Shown: positions 45,298-56,179, counted from the stretch's first letter. The stretch: 64,000 nt of DNA from an uncultured Clostridia bacterium (GCA_946185305.1 CAMHJE010000002.1:9263-73262), one strand, 5' to 3'. Numbers and translations are program-made. Notes: generated from the letters alone by a model not told the origin.

Positions 45298-45461
45298 GGC
45301 TTCCTCTCTTTGCGAAGATTTCTCGCCCCGCAGGGCGGATAAGCGGAAAGGGGAATCGGGCATTCCCCTAATTTTCCATATCTATCATAGCATACTTCGG
45401 GGAAAAAGGGAATGGTAAATTTTACTTCCGTTGTAATATATCAGTTGCTTTTTCGCAGCAA

Positions 45462-45492
45462 ACAAAAAAGGCTCTCCGTTTTTCGGAAAGCC
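45462..45492 (-). terminator. Rho-independent terminator after prsA-like gene
   Basis: Stem ggctctccg / cggaaagcc (one mismatch), followed on the minus strand by TTTTTTGTTTG. Confidence 0.6.
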
Positions 45493-45520
45493 CTTGTGTC
45501 TGTGTTTGCTTTTTTCGGCG

Positions 45521-46969
45521 TCAGTTGCCCACATACGCATACGCGTCCGCAAACCGTTCGGCGGCGTTCAGCGCCTCCTGCTGCCACGCGTCAAGCTGCT
45601 CGTTCCATGCGGCCTCCTGCGCCTCGGCGGTTGCCGCGGCAAGGATCGCTTCCTCGATCGGGAGCCGGTCGGCAGGGCCGGCGGCGAGACGGCCGACGAG
45701 CTGCACAATGTAATAGGTTTCACCGTCGGTTACGACGCCGGAATACGCGCCCTCTTGGAGCGCGGCAAGCGTCGTCCGCACGATCTCGGCGGTCTCGGGG
45801 TCCTCGCCCGTATACCAAACGACCTGCTCGCCGGCATAGCCTTCGGCGTCCTTGGCGACGGTGTCAAAGTCCTCGCCGGACACAAGCCGCGCATACGCCG
45901 CTTCCGCCGCGGCCTTGGCCTTGCCGCCGTAGGTTTCGCCCAGCGCGTCGGTCTCGGTCTTCAAAGCGGTGTACGCCGCCAGGATCTCCGCCATGCGGGC
46001 TTCGTCGCCGCCGTTTAAGGCCAGCGCGCCGTATTCGGCTTCATAGTCCTTCAGCGCCGCTTCGTTCTCAGCCAGCTCCGCCGGGGCGTCCCCGTCGGGC
46101 GTGAACGCAAGCACCTTGGCAATCGCAAGCCCCTCCGGCACATACAGGAGCGGCGTCGTATCCGAACCGAGCAGGATGTTTTCGCGCACATCGCGGTACA
46201 ATGTCGGGTCGGCGTCGAACTGCTCCTTCTGGTCGGCATAGTTCGTTTCATACCACGCCTCGACCGTCGCTTCGTCCGCGGCGACCTCGGCGTCGCTCTT
46301 GGCGCGCAGCTTGTCCGCATACGCGCTGATCGTGCCTTCCTCTTTATAGTGATCGTAGGCGTCGGCCACATACACGTCGATATCCGCCATCGAATCGTTA
46401 TAGAAGCTCTGCACGTCGAGGTTCAGATAATAGATCGCGTCGTTTTTCTGTTCCTCGGTCAGCTGTGCGATATCCGTGACCTCGCCCGCGTCGGTGTAGT
46501 AGGACGCATAGGACAGCACAAGATCGGTGTACTCGGCGTCGGCCTGGTTATGCGCGTCCGCATCCACGGCGCTCAGTTCGTCCTCGGACAGCGTGACGCC
46601 GAGCTGCTTCGCCTTCCACATCGGCAGCCGCTGCGCAATCAGGTCCTCGATGATCATATCAAGAATTTCGTCGATCTGCTCGCGGTCGGTCGGCGCGGTC
46701 ATGCCGTAATAGGTCATCATCTGGACGTAGCTTGCATAGTTGTCCTCGATCTCGCCCGCCTTGATCTCGATATCGTCGAGCCTGATCGCAACCGCGTCGC
46801 GGTCGCCCGCGGCTTCGGCGGTTTCGGCGGTTTCCGCAGACGGATCGGCCTTGGTTTCGGTCTTGGACGAATCGGTCGTCGAGGCCGTATTATTGACGAG
46901 GCAACCGACCGAACCGAGCAGCAGCAGGGCCAGCAGCAGCGCCGTAATCGTTCTGATTCTATGTTTCAT
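45521..46969 (-). CDS. SurA-N/PrsA-like foldase lipoprotein (parvulin-type PPIase region degenerate)
   Basis: MKHRIRTITALLLALLLLGSVGC lipobox. Long helical chaperone-like region. Located downstream of mfd, as is common in Firmicutes. Confidence 0.5.
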   Translation of the reverse strand: MKHRIRTITALLLALLLLGSVGCLVNNTASTTDSSKTETKADPSAETAETAEAAGDRDAVAIRLDDIEIKAGEIEDNYASYVQMMTYYGMTAPTDREQIDEILDMIIEDLIAQRLPMWKAKQLGVTLSEDELSAVDADAHNQADAEYTDLVLSYASYYTDAGEVTDIAQLTEEQKNDAIYYLNLDVQSFYNDSMADIDVYVADAYDHYKEEGTISAYADKLRAKSDAEVAADEATVEAWYETNYADQKEQFDADPTLYRDVRENILLGSDTTPLLYVPEGLAIAKVLAFTPDGDAPAELAENEAALKDYEAEYGALALNGGDEARMAEILAAYTALKTETDALGETYGGKAKAAAEAAYARLVSGEDFDTVAKDAEGYAGEQVVWYTGEDPETAEIVRTTLAALQEGAYSGVVTDGETYYIVQLVGRLAAGPADRLPIEEAILAAATAEAQEAAWNEQLDAWQQEALNAAERFADAYAYVGN

Positions 46970-47016
46970 AAATGGAGATTTCCTTTCCATTCGCCCCGAT
47001 GGGCGCGTTTTTCCCA

Positions 47017-50000
47017 TTATAAATCGTTTTCCCGCAGGATACAATGCTTCAGCCTGTAAAGAAATTGTGGCAGTATTTTGACAAGCTCCGCCACATTTGC
47101 CTTTTTCCGCCGCCATACGATCTTGGCGGGCGATCCGGCCAACAGTCTTGCGTCGGCTTCCTCGGAGAGGATCGCCAAAAGCCGCATCCCGTCCGGCTTG
47201 GCGGACGCGTCGTATTGCAGCGTCACCGCGCCGTCGCGGATCGACACATCCGAAAAGCCCGCCGCGCGTGCGCCCGCGCGGATCAGCGAAAGCTGCATCA
47301 GGTTCATTACCGCGTCCGGCAGATCTCCGTAGCGGTCGTTGAACTCGTCCAGAAGGTCGGTGAAGCTGTCGTTGTCGTCGATCTTTGCAATGCGCTTGTA
47401 CATCGCAAGCCGATGCAGCTCGCTCGGCAGAAACGCTTTCGGGATGTACGCGTCGATCGGCGCATCCACGCTCGTTTCGATCTCGGCGGCGCTCTGTTCG
47501 CCGCGCGCCTCGGCCACCGCCTGCCGCATCAGCTTGCAGTAGTATTCATAGCCGACGTCGGTGATATGCCCGTGCTGCTCCGCGCCGAGTAAGCTTCCCG
47601 CGCCGCGAATCTCCAGATCGCGCATCGCAAGCCGGAAGCCCGCGCCGAACTGCGTAAATTCGCGGATCGCCAGCAGCCGCTTTTGCGCGACCTCGGACAC
47701 CATCTGCGACATCGGCACGGTCAGATACGCATACGCCATGCGCGTGGAGCGCCCGACCCTGCCGCGCAGCTGATAGAGCTGCGCCAGACCGAATTTATCG
47801 GCCTCGAGTACAACGAGCGTGTTCGCGTTCGGGATGTCCACGCCGCTTTCGATGATCGTCGAGCAGATCAGAATATCGCTTTCGTGGTTCAAGAACCGCA
47901 GCATGACGGCTTCCAGCTCGGCCTCCGGCATCTGCCCGTGCGCAAACTCGATGCGCGCGTCCGGCAAAAGCTCCCGAAAATGCTTCGCGGTCGTCGGCAT
48001 CGACGCGACGCGGTTGGAGATGATAAACGCCTGGCCCCCGCGTGACAATTCACGCGTTAACACACCTGCGATCATCGCGTCGTTGTATTCGAGCACGAAC
48101 GTCTGCACCGGGAAACGGTTTTCCGGCGGCGTCTCCATCGTCGAGATATCCCGGATGCCGGTCATCGACAGGTTCAGCGTGCGCGGGATCGGCGTTGCGG
48201 TCAGGGTCAGCACGTCCACGTCGCCCTTCAATGCCTTGATCTGCTCCTTATGGTTCACGCCGAAGCGGTGCTCCTCGTCGATGATCAGAAGCCCGAGGTT
48301 TTTGAACACAACAGTCTTGGCAAGCAGCGCGTGCGTGCCCACAACGATGTCGATTTCTCCGGTGGACAGCCGCTTTTTGATTTCGGCGGCCTCCTTGGGG
48401 GACTGGAAGCGGCTGAGGCACGCGACCCGCACCGGGTATTCGGCAAACCGCGCCGACAGCGTCGCAAAGTGCTGCTGCGCAAGGATCGTGGTCGGCACCA
48501 AAAACGCGACCTGCTTGCTGTCCTGCACGGCCTTGAACGCGGCGCGCATCGCGACTTCCGTTTTGCCGTAGCCCACGTCGCCGCACAGCAGCCGATCCAT
48601 CGGCCGCGGCGCCTCCATGTCACGCTTGACGTCGCGGATCGCAGCTGCCTGATCCGGCGTTTCCTCATACGGGAACGCCTCCTCCATGCGCTTTTGCCAC
48701 GCATTGTCCGGCGAAAACGCAAAGCCGCGGTTCTCGGTGCGCTCGGCGTACAGCCGCGCCAGGTCCACTGCTAACTTTTTCGCGCTCTCCTTGGCCTTCG
48801 ATACGCGGTTCTGCCAGTCATTGCCGCCCAGCTTGGAAAGCTGCGGCGGGTGCTCCTCGTCGGAGCCGATGTATTTTTGAATCCGGTCGAGCTGATCGGT
48901 CGGGATATAGAGCCGATCCTCGCCGCGATACGCAAACAGCAGATAATCGCGCGTGCTGTTCTGCACGGTCAGCTGCTCGACGCCGAGGAACCGACCGATG
49001 CCGTGCACCTCATGCACGACAAGATCGCCCGGCACCAGATCGGTCTCCTGCAAGGCGTTCGTCTTGCGCTTCGCCTTGGACGCGGGCCGCTTGCCGAACA
49101 GCTCATACGCCGTCAGCACGACCAAATGCAGCGCCGGGAATACAAAGCCCTGCGGCAGCGATTCGCCGAGCACCAGCACCTCGCCGCGCACCGGCGGGCG
49201 GGTCAGCGCGTCGGCCTCGGCAAACGGCAGGTCGGTTCCGGCCAAATGCTCCGCAATGCGCGTTTTGCCCTCGCCCGCATAGAGCAGCACGGCCTCGCGC
49301 TTGTCCCGCATGGCGGCAAGCTCGCTTGTGAGCTGTCCGAGGTCGGAAAGGTACTGCGGCGCCGGTTCGGTGGCAAAGCTCACGCGCGCATGGTGCGAAA
49401 GCGCCGGGCAAGTCCGAAACAGCGCGTAAAACGCCGCCGTGTGCGGGGTATCGAGCAGGGCGGCAAGCCGGTCGGCGGGACAAAGCAGATTGCCCTGCAG
49501 GCGATGGCCCTCGCCGCGCTCCAGCGTCGCCGCGACGGTCTCGGCAAAGACGAGCTCCGCCGCCTTCGCTTCGTCCAAAATCCGCTGCGGCTCGTTCAGC
49601 AGGAACACCGCCGAGCCGGGCAGATAATCGAACAGCGTCGCAGGCTCGGTGTACAGCAGCGGCACAAGCATGTCTGCGCCCTCGCACGGCTGCCGCTGTT
49701 CCCATGCCTCGCGCTGCAGATCAAAGCCGTTCGCGTTTTTCAAAAGCCGCGCCGCCCGCGCCATCGCGTCCGGGGTCTGCGGTGTCTCAAAGGCCGGGGG
49801 CAGCACCGCCCGTGCGGCCTGCTCCAGACTGCGCTGTGTCAGCGGGTCGAAGGTGCGGATCTGGTCGATCTCGTCTCCGAAAAACTCGATCCGGTACGGA
49901 TACGGCGCCTGCGGTGGAAATACGTCTAAAATATCGCCGCGCTGCGCGCATTGCCCCGCGCCCTCGATCTGCTCGCAGCGTTCATAGCCCGCCGCGATCA

Positions 50001-50457
50001 AATCCGCCAGCAGCGCGCGCGGATCGTGCTCCTCCCCGACCGAAACCGTCTTTAGTTGCGACAAAAATGTCGCAGGTGGAGCCAAACGCTCCATCAGCGC
50101 CTCGGCGCAGGTGACGATCAGGCTTTCGGTGCCGAGCGCAAGGCGCGACAAAACGGCAAGCCGCTGCGCGCGGCGCTCGGTGGATACAGCCTGCAGATGC
50201 ACAAGCGGCAGTTCGCGCGGGAGGTACAGCAGCGCGTCCGGCGCATAGGCGCGAAGGGCGGCATGGAGCCGCAGCGCCTCCACCTGCGTGGACGCAACGA
50301 GCAGCGCCGTCCTGCCCGCGCCGAGCGCGGCCGTGACGACGGGGCGGTGCGCTTCGCCGAGGCCGTACACCGCGACGGTGCCGCCCCCGGAGGAAAGCGC
50401 GGTATCCAATTGTTTCCAGCCCGCATCCTTGCGGACGGCCGACAACAGCTCCTTCAT
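47017..50457 (-). CDS. mfd: transcription-repair coupling factor
   Basis: 1146 aa. Superfamily-2 helicase motifs GDVGYGKTEVA, DEEHRFGV, TATPIPRT. UvrB-homology N-terminus and TRG motif region. Confidence 0.95.
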   Translation of the reverse strand: MKELLSAVRKDAGWKQLDTALSSGGGTVAVYGLGEAHRPVVTAALGAGRTALLVASTQVEALRLHAALRAYAPDALLYLPRELPLVHLQAVSTERRAQRLAVLSRLALGTESLIVTCAEALMERLAPPATFLSQLKTVSVGEEHDPRALLADLIAAGYERCEQIEGAGQCAQRGDILDVFPPQAPYPYRIEFFGDEIDQIRTFDPLTQRSLEQAARAVLPPAFETPQTPDAMARAARLLKNANGFDLQREAWEQRQPCEGADMLVPLLYTEPATLFDYLPGSAVFLLNEPQRILDEAKAAELVFAETVAATLERGEGHRLQGNLLCPADRLAALLDTPHTAAFYALFRTCPALSHHARVSFATEPAPQYLSDLGQLTSELAAMRDKREAVLLYAGEGKTRIAEHLAGTDLPFAEADALTRPPVRGEVLVLGESLPQGFVFPALHLVVLTAYELFGKRPASKAKRKTNALQETDLVPGDLVVHEVHGIGRFLGVEQLTVQNSTRDYLLFAYRGEDRLYIPTDQLDRIQKYIGSDEEHPPQLSKLGGNDWQNRVSKAKESAKKLAVDLARLYAERTENRGFAFSPDNAWQKRMEEAFPYEETPDQAAAIRDVKRDMEAPRPMDRLLCGDVGYGKTEVAMRAAFKAVQDSKQVAFLVPTTILAQQHFATLSARFAEYPVRVACLSRFQSPKEAAEIKKRLSTGEIDIVVGTHALLAKTVVFKNLGLLIIDEEHRFGVNHKEQIKALKGDVDVLTLTATPIPRTLNLSMTGIRDISTMETPPENRFPVQTFVLEYNDAMIAGVLTRELSRGGQAFIISNRVASMPTTAKHFRELLPDARIEFAHGQMPEAELEAVMLRFLNHESDILICSTIIESGVDIPNANTLVVLEADKFGLAQLYQLRGRVGRSTRMAYAYLTVPMSQMVSEVAQKRLLAIREFTQFGAGFRLAMRDLEIRGAGSLLGAEQHGHITDVGYEYYCKLMRQAVAEARGEQSAAEIETSVDAPIDAYIPKAFLPSELHRLAMYKRIAKIDDNDSFTDLLDEFNDRYGDLPDAVMNLMQLSLIRAGARAAGFSDVSIRDGAVTLQYDASAKPDGMRLLAILSEEADARLLAGSPAKIVWRRKKANVAELVKILPQFLYRLKHCILRENDL

Positions 50458-51053
50458 GCCTTATGATCCACCGAGACGGACACGTTCGCCTCGTGCTTCT
50501 TATTATATTTCGTCTGCGCGTCTGTGATGCGCCCCGCCGCGATCAGCTCGGCGGCGTCGGCGGCCTTGTCAAAGACCTCTTCGAGCACCTTTTGCTCGTC
50601 CTTGGACGGCTTCTTCAGCACGTAGTCCGCGAGCAGCAGCGATTCATCCTTGCCGACGCCGATGCGCACCCGCGCAAATTTCTCCGAATGGACGCACGTA
50701 ATGATCGAGCGCATCCCGTTGTGCGTGCCCGCCGAGCCGCTGCCGCGAATCCGCAGCGAGCCGATGGGCAGCTCGATATCGTCGTAGAGCACGATCAGAT
50801 TCTCCGGCGGCAGCTTATAAAAGTTCAAAATCTGCTGCACCGCGTCGCCGGAGTTGTTCATATACGTCTGCGGCTTCACAAGGATCGCGCGCGCACCGCC
50901 GATCTGCCCCTCGCCGTACACCGCCGAAAAGCCCTTTTTATTGAATTTCACGCCGTTCTTTTCCGCAAGCCGGTCGATGGCCTGAAAGCCCGCGTTGTGC
51001 CGCGTTTTCCGATAGGTAAGGCCGGGATTCCCAAGCCCCACGATCACAAACAT
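50454..51053 (-). CDS. pth: peptidyl-tRNA hydrolase
   Basis: MFVIVGLGNPGLTYRKTRHNAGF signature. ATGA overlap with the mfd start. Confidence 0.95.
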   Translation of the reverse strand: MFVIVGLGNPGLTYRKTRHNAGFQAIDRLAEKNGVKFNKKGFSAVYGEGQIGGARAILVKPQTYMNNSGDAVQQILNFYKLPPENLIVLYDDIELPIGSLRIRGSGSAGTHNGMRSIITCVHSEKFARVRIGVGKDESLLLADYVLKKPSKDEQKVLEEVFDKAADAAELIAAGRITDAQTKYNKKHEANVSVSVDHKA

Positions 51054-51263
51054 AGTCTATCCTTTCCGCCCCGATGGGACGTGCCTTTTCCATGCCTTTT
51101 GCCCCACGTTTTGAAAACGTGGGGTGTATTCGTATTATAGCAGATGAGCGGAAGAAAAGGAAGTAAAAGTTTCCGAACAAAGCGGACGAAAAGCGGGAGT
51201 TCGTCCATTTTGTCCCCATTTTGAAAAGATTGTGACGGCAAAGCAAACTCCCCCTTCCCCCTC

Positions 51264-51291
51264 TTGCAAATTACAAAAGGTGTGGTATAGT
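51264..51291 (+). promoter_or_regulatory. sigma-70 promoter of clpB
   Basis: TTGCAA (51264-51269), 16-nt spacer, TGgTATAGT extended -10 (51283-51291). Confidence 0.6.
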
Positions 51292-51295
51292 ATGA

Positions 51296-51322
51296 TTAGC
51301 ACTCGGAGAGCGAGAGTGCTAA
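51296..51322 (+). promoter_or_regulatory. CIRCE operator (HrcA binding site)
   Basis: TTAGCACTC-ggagagcga-GAGTGCTAA is a perfect match to the CIRCE consensus TTAGCACTC-N9-GAGTGCTAA. Lies immediately downstream of the -10. Confidence 0.9.
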
Positions 51323-51366
51323 AACGAAACTAACCCACACAACCGGCCCGAAGGGAGGCATGTGAT

Positions 51367-53949
51367 ATGACGGCAAATCAACTGACACAAAAGAGCTTGG
51401 AAGCGATCCAGACCGCACAGCGGCTTGCAAGCGAGCGGCAAAACACGCAGCTTGAACAGCTGCACCTGTTCTATGCGCTGATCGACGAGCAAAGCGATCT
51501 CAACGCGCAGCTGTTTGAAAAGCTGGGTGTGGACGTGGCGCGGCTGAAAAATGAGACGACGCAGGCGCTTTCAGGCCTTGCGTCTTACAGCGGCGGCACC
51601 GGCGAGCCTTACGCGTCGCCCGCCTTGAACCAGGCGCTTAACGCGGCGGAAACCGAAGCCAAGCGCATGGGCGACAGCTATATTTCGGTCGAGCATTTGA
51701 TGCTCGGCCTGATGGAAAAAGCGGACGCGGCATTGAAGAAGCTGCTGCGGCAGCACAACATCGACCGGAACCGCTACCTTGCGGCGCTCAAAGAGGTGCG
51801 CGGCAACCGGCAGGTGGACACCGACAATCCGGAGGGCACTTACGACGTGCTGAAAAAATACGGTCAGGACCTTGTGGAGCTGGCCAAGCAGCATAAGCTG
51901 GACCCGGTAATCGGGCGTGACAACGAGATCCGTTCGGTCATCCGCATCTTGTCGCGCAAAACGAAGAACAACCCGTGCTTGATCGGTGAACCGGGCGTCG
52001 GCAAAACCGCGATTGCGGAGGGACTTGCCCTGCGGATCGTGCGCGGCGATGTACCCGACAACCTGAAGGACCGCCGCCTGTTCGCGCTCGATATGGGCGC
52101 GCTCGTTGCGGGCGCGAAGTACCGCGGCGAATTTGAGGAACGTTTGAAGGCGGTGCTCACCGAGATCAAAAAGAGCGACGGCAAGATCATCCTGTTCATC
52201 GACGAGCTGCATACCATCGTCGGCGCGGGCAAGACCGACGGCGCGATGGACGCCGGCAACCTTTTAAAGCCGATGCTGGCGCGTGGTGAACTGCACTGCA
52301 TCGGCGCAACGACGATCGACGAATACCGCAAGTACATCGAAAAGGACGCGGCGCTTGAACGGCGTTTTCAGCCGGTGATGATCGCCGAGCCGTCCGTGGA
52401 GGACACGATCTCGATTCTGCGCGGACTTGAAGAGCGTTACGAGGTCTATCACGGCGTGAAGATCCACGACGCGGCGCTGATCGCGGCGGCGACGCTGTCC
52501 GACCGGTACATCTCCGACCGGTTCCTGCCGGACAAGGCCATCGACCTTGTGGACGAGGCGTGCGCCATGATCAAGACGGAAATGAACTCGATGCCGAGCG
52601 AAATGGACGAAACCATGCGTAAGATCATGCAGCTCGAAATCGAGGAAACGTCCCTAAAGCAGGACGACGATCCCCATTCGCAGGCGCATTTGGCGGAGAT
52701 CCGCGCACAGCTTTCCAAGCTGAAGGATTCGTTCAACGAAATGAAGGCGCGCTGGGAGAACGAAAAGGCAGACATCGGCAAGGTGCAGCAGCTGCGCGAG
52801 CAGATCGAGCAGGTGCAGAACGAAATCACCTCGGCCGAGAACGCGTATGATCTGAACAAGGCCGCCGAGCTGAAATACGGCAAGCTGCCGCAGCTGCAAA
52901 AGGAGCTGGCCGAACAGGAGGCTAAGGCGCAGTCTCGTGGAAAGACGCTGCTGCGCGACGCGGTCACCGAGGAGGAGATTGCGCAGATCGTCGCCCGGTG
53001 GACGGGTATTCCGGTCTCGAAGCTATTGGAGAGCGAGCGGCAAAAGCTCCTGCACCTCGACGACGTGCTGCATCAGCGCGTGGTCGGGCAGAACGACGCG
53101 GTCAATCGCGTGTGCGACGCGATCCTGCGCTCCCGCGCGGGGATTCAGAACCCGAACCGGCCGATCGGCTCGTTCCTGTTCCTCGGCCCGACCGGCGTCG
53201 GCAAAACGGAGCTGTCGAAAGCCCTTGCCGAAGCGTTGTTTGACGATGAACGCTCGATGGTGCGTATCGACATGAGCGAATACATGGAGCAATACTCCGT
53301 GTCGCGTCTGATCGGCGCCCCTCCGGGATACGTCGGCTATGACGAGGGCGGACAGCTGACCGAGGCCGTGCGCCGCAAGCCGTATGCCGTCGTGCTGTTC
53401 GACGAGGTCGAAAAGGCGCACCCGGACGTGCTGAACGTGCTGCTGCAGGTGCTCGACGACGGGCGTATCACCGACGGACAGGGCCGCACGGTCGATTTCA
53501 AGAACACGATCATCATTCTGACCTCGAACATCGGCTCCGACATTCTGTTGGAGGGCATGGACGAAACCGGCGCCTTGAAGCCCGGCGTGGAGGACTTTGT
53601 CCGCAGCGAATTGAAGCAGCGGTTCCGTCCGGAGTTCATCAACCGTCTCGACGAGATCGCGTTCTTCAAGCCGCTGACCGGCAGCGATCTCAAGTCGATT
53701 GTCGATCTGCTGTTCAACGATCTCAAGAAGCGGCTTGCCACGCGCGGCCTGACGCTGACCGTCACCGACGCGGCCAAGGCATACATCGTCGAAAACGGCT
53801 CCGATCCGCAGTTCGGCGCGCGTCCGCTGAAGCGGTATATCCAGTCCCATGCCGAATCGCTGCTGGCGCGGTACATCATCCGCGAATCCCCGGCCGAGGG
53901 CACGGCGCTGACGCTCGACGCGGACGAAAACGGGCTGACCGTTCGGTAA
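51367..53949 (+). CDS. clpB: ATP-dependent chaperone ClpB
   Basis: 860 aa. Two AAA+ modules ([10 protein letters not shown]; [10 protein letters not shown]) with a long middle coiled-coil. No ClpP-binding IGF loop was noticed. Confidence 0.9.
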   Translation: MTANQLTQKSLEAIQTAQRLASERQNTQLEQLHLFYALIDEQSDLNAQLFEKLGVDVARLKNETTQALSGLASYSGGTGEPYASPALNQALNAAETEAKRMGDSYISVEHLMLGLMEKADAALKKLLRQHNIDRNRYLAALKEVRGNRQVDTDNPEGTYDVLKKYGQDLVELAKQHKLDPVIGRDNEIRSVIRILSRKTKNNPCLIGEPGVGKTAIAEGLALRIVRGDVPDNLKDRRLFALDMGALVAGAKYRGEFEERLKAVLTEIKKSDGKIILFIDELHTIVGAGKTDGAMDAGNLLKPMLARGELHCIGATTIDEYRKYIEKDAALERRFQPVMIAEPSVEDTISILRGLEERYEVYHGVKIHDAALIAAATLSDRYISDRFLPDKAIDLVDEACAMIKTEMNSMPSEMDETMRKIMQLEIEETSLKQDDDPHSQAHLAEIRAQLSKLKDSFNEMKARWENEKADIGKVQQLREQIEQVQNEITSAENAYDLNKAAELKYGKLPQLQKELAEQEAKAQSRGKTLLRDAVTEEEIAQIVARWTGIPVSKLLESERQKLLHLDDVLHQRVVGQNDAVNRVCDAILRSRAGIQNPNRPIGSFLFLGPTGVGKTELSKALAEALFDDERSMVRIDMSEYMEQYSVSRLIGAPPGYVGYDEGGQLTEAVRRKPYAVVLFDEVEKAHPDVLNVLLQVLDDGRITDGQGRTVDFKNTIIILTSNIGSDILLEGMDETGALKPGVEDFVRSELKQRFRPEFINRLDEIAFFKPLTGSDLKSIVDLLFNDLKKRLATRGLTLTVTDAAKAYIVENGSDPQFGARPLKRYIQSHAESLLARYIIRESPAEGTALTLDADENGLTVR

Positions 53950-53968
53950 AACAAACAGGCAAAGCAAA

Positions 53969-54009
53969 AAAATACAGGTTGTCGCATGACGGCAGCCTGT
54001 ATTTTCGTT
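53969..54009. terminator. bidirectional terminator between clpB and PAP2 gene
   Basis: 12-bp stem aaatacaggttg / cagcctgtattt (one G-U pair), flanked by an A-run and ttcgtttt. Confidence 0.6.
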
Positions 54010-54013
54010 TTCC

Positions 54014-54760
54014 TTATTCCCGTTTCGCCTTCCGGTTCTCCAGGCGCGTCAGCGCCGCATCGAACCGCGTCGTTCGCCCAAGCCAAAGTCCCAGCTCCGC
54101 GACGAGAATCGCGGCGGGCAGATCGACAAGGACGTGCTGCTTGACCAGCAGCGTCGAGCAAAAGACGAGCATCGAAAAGACGGCCATGACCGGCGCGACC
54201 CACTTTGGCAAGCCCTTCGCCTCGAATGCCATGCGTGCGCAGAGCCAGCTTTGCAGGCAATGCACCGAGGGCAAAAGGTTCGTCGGCGTATCGAGCAGAT
54301 ACACAAGCTGCAGTACGCGGTCGAACACGCCGCCGCCCGCTGCAGCCGGGCGCGTCAGTGTCGTCGGAAAGACGACGAATACAACGGCGCACAGCAATTT
54401 TGCGAGCAGCTCGCCCGCCAGATACCGGCTGCGCAGCGCCTGTCCCTGCCAGCCGAGCAGCAGCCAGTACGCCGTCCATTGCGCGAATGCAAGCACGTAC
54501 ACCGCAACGGCGGGCGTCCACAGCGGGATCGCCGCGTCGAGCGGCAGCGAAAGATCGTGCGGTGCAAGCCCCGTCGGGATCAGCTTGGGCGGAAAGTACG
54601 TCAGAAAGTGGACAGCCACCGCCGGCAGCACCGTCCAAAGCGCGCGGCGCGGCATCCGGGTCAGCGCAATCGTAAACCCGCCGCAGACCAGCACGGCGAC
54701 AAGCGCGGTCAGCACCGTCGCCAAAAGACGATTGTCCGCGATCCACGCTGCAAATGTCAT
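54014..54760 (-). CDS. PAP2-superfamily membrane phosphatase-like protein
   Basis: Polytopic. LLPSVHC ... LLVKQHVLVDLP resembles the PAP2_C S.H / H...D motifs. Confidence 0.5.
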   Translation of the reverse strand: MTFAAWIADNRLLATVLTALVAVLVCGGFTIALTRMPRRALWTVLPAVAVHFLTYFPPKLIPTGLAPHDLSLPLDAAIPLWTPAVAVYVLAFAQWTAYWLLLGWQGQALRSRYLAGELLAKLLCAVVFVVFPTTLTRPAAAGGGVFDRVLQLVYLLDTPTNLLPSVHCLQSWLCARMAFEAKGLPKWVAPVMAVFSMLVFCSTLLVKQHVLVDLPAAILVAELGLWLGRTTRFDAALTRLENRKAKRE

Positions 54761-54850
54761 GCCGCACCTCCCGTCGTTTTCGAGGGATTATACCACCGAA
54801 CGGCGGGAGGTGCAAGCGTATTTTCGTTTTCTTTATGAAGTCCTAAGTAT

Positions 54851-56179
54851 TTATCGTGCAGTTTCGCTGGCTGTGCCGCGCAGTGTGCTTGCGAAGAAGT
54901 CCGCCGCAGCGTTGGCGATGCGCTCGCTCAGCTCGGCGTTCTCGGCATAGAAGCCGTAGCTGTGGCCGCCGGTTTCCAGCACGAGCGTTTGGGCGCCGAG
55001 GGCTTCGGCAACGGCCTTGCTTGCATCGGGACGAACGGTCGTGTCGTTCTGCGCCCAGATCACGAGCGTGCGATCCGCGCGATCCTTTCCGATCTGCGAC
55101 GCGGGATCGTCGTTCATTTCCAGATCGGTGAACCATTGCATGGCGATGTCGCGCACGGTGCCGAGCGGGGATGTGACCGTCGTGTAGTTGTTCAGCTCGG
55201 CGTCGGCCTTGTCCTTTTCCCACGCGTCCTGCCCGCCGAACAGCGTTACGGTGTCCGCGTTCGCGTTGGACGGCGCAAGCAGCACGGCGGCACGGAAGTC
55301 GAACAGCTTTTGCGCCAGGATATGCAGCGCCACGCGTCCGCCCATGTCAAAGCCGAACACGCCGATCTCGTTCGCATCGACCGGATAGGTCGCCTTGGCA
55401 AACTCGATGGCCGCGAGCGCATCCGTATACATCGAGGTCAGATGGTTCTCGGTAAACGGCTCCTCGCTGTCGCCGCTGCCCGGCATGTCCATGCGGATCG
55501 ACGCAATGCCGCGCTCCGCCAGGGTGTGCGCAAGCGTCGCAAAGCCGCCGTGCTCGTTGCGTTCGCCCTCAAAGCTGTGCAGGAACACCACCAGCGGCCA
55601 TCCGCCCGCCGGCTGCTCGTTTTCCGAAATCGGCATCGGGGACGTATAGGCGTGCATCTCCGGCGTCGCCGTTGCCGTGTACGCGTGCATTTCCGGTTCC
55701 GGCGAGGCGGAAGCCTCCGCCGAACGGGCGCTCATGCCCGCCGCTGTCGTATCGGGCTTTGCCGTGTCCATCGGCTGTGCCGAAGCGTCCGGCGACGCCG
55801 GGCCGGTTGTCTCGGTCGCGCCGGTTGTGTCAGTTGTGTCGTCGGTCTTGCCGATGCTCGTGCTGCCGGGCAGCACGACGGTCGCATGCACCTGCACCCC
55901 GCGCGAGGGGTAGGTCACTTCATATTCCCGATAGGACGCATCGCGCACGGGTTCGTCCGTGTCCGGCGTCTGCTGCTCCGGCGCGTTCGTTGCCGAAGCA
56001 TCGGGCACGGCGGTATGGTCGGGCGCCGCAGACGACTGCGGCGCATCGGTCGGGCGGGCTTCCCCGGTCGCGGCGGGCTGTTGGGTCGCCGTCGGCGTCG
56101 GCCGCACGACGTTCCGGTGACAGCCGCCCGCCGCCAGCAGTGCCGTCACCCATAAAAACAGGATTATTTTTCGCATCAT
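54851..56179 (-). CDS. alpha/beta-hydrolase-fold lipoprotein with low-complexity N-terminal region
   Basis: MMRKIILFLWVTALLAAGGC lipobox and a Thr/Pro/Ala-rich linker. Hydrolase core WPLVVFLHSFEG...VFGFDMGGRVAL...HSYGF. The nucleophile elbow reads G-F-D-M-G. Confidence 0.6.
   Translation of the reverse strand: MMRKIILFLWVTALLAAGGCHRNVVRPTPTATQQPAATGEARPTDAPQSSAAPDHTAVPDASATNAPEQQTPDTDEPVRDASYREYEVTYPSRGVQVHATVVLPGSTSIGKTDDTTDTTGATETTGPASPDASAQPMDTAKPDTTAAGMSARSAEASASPEPEMHAYTATATPEMHAYTSPMPISENEQPAGGWPLVVFLHSFEGERNEHGGFATLAHTLAERGIASIRMDMPGSGDSEEPFTENHLTSMYTDALAAIEFAKATYPVDANEIGVFGFDMGGRVALHILAQKLFDFRAAVLLAPSNANADTVTLFGGQDAWEKDKADAELNNYTTVTSPLGTVRDIAMQWFTDLEMNDDPASQIGKDRADRTLVIWAQNDTTVRPDASKAVAEALGAQTLVLETGGHSYGFYAENAELSERIANAAADFFASTLRGTASETAR

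Noticed and set aside
45298-45461. Hairpin aggggaat-cgggc-attcccct upstream of glgB as a riboswitch or attenuator.
   Set aside because: It is a single short stem without a U-tail or conserved riboswitch motifs. It more likely belongs to the promoter/terminator spacing between the prsA-like gene and glgB.
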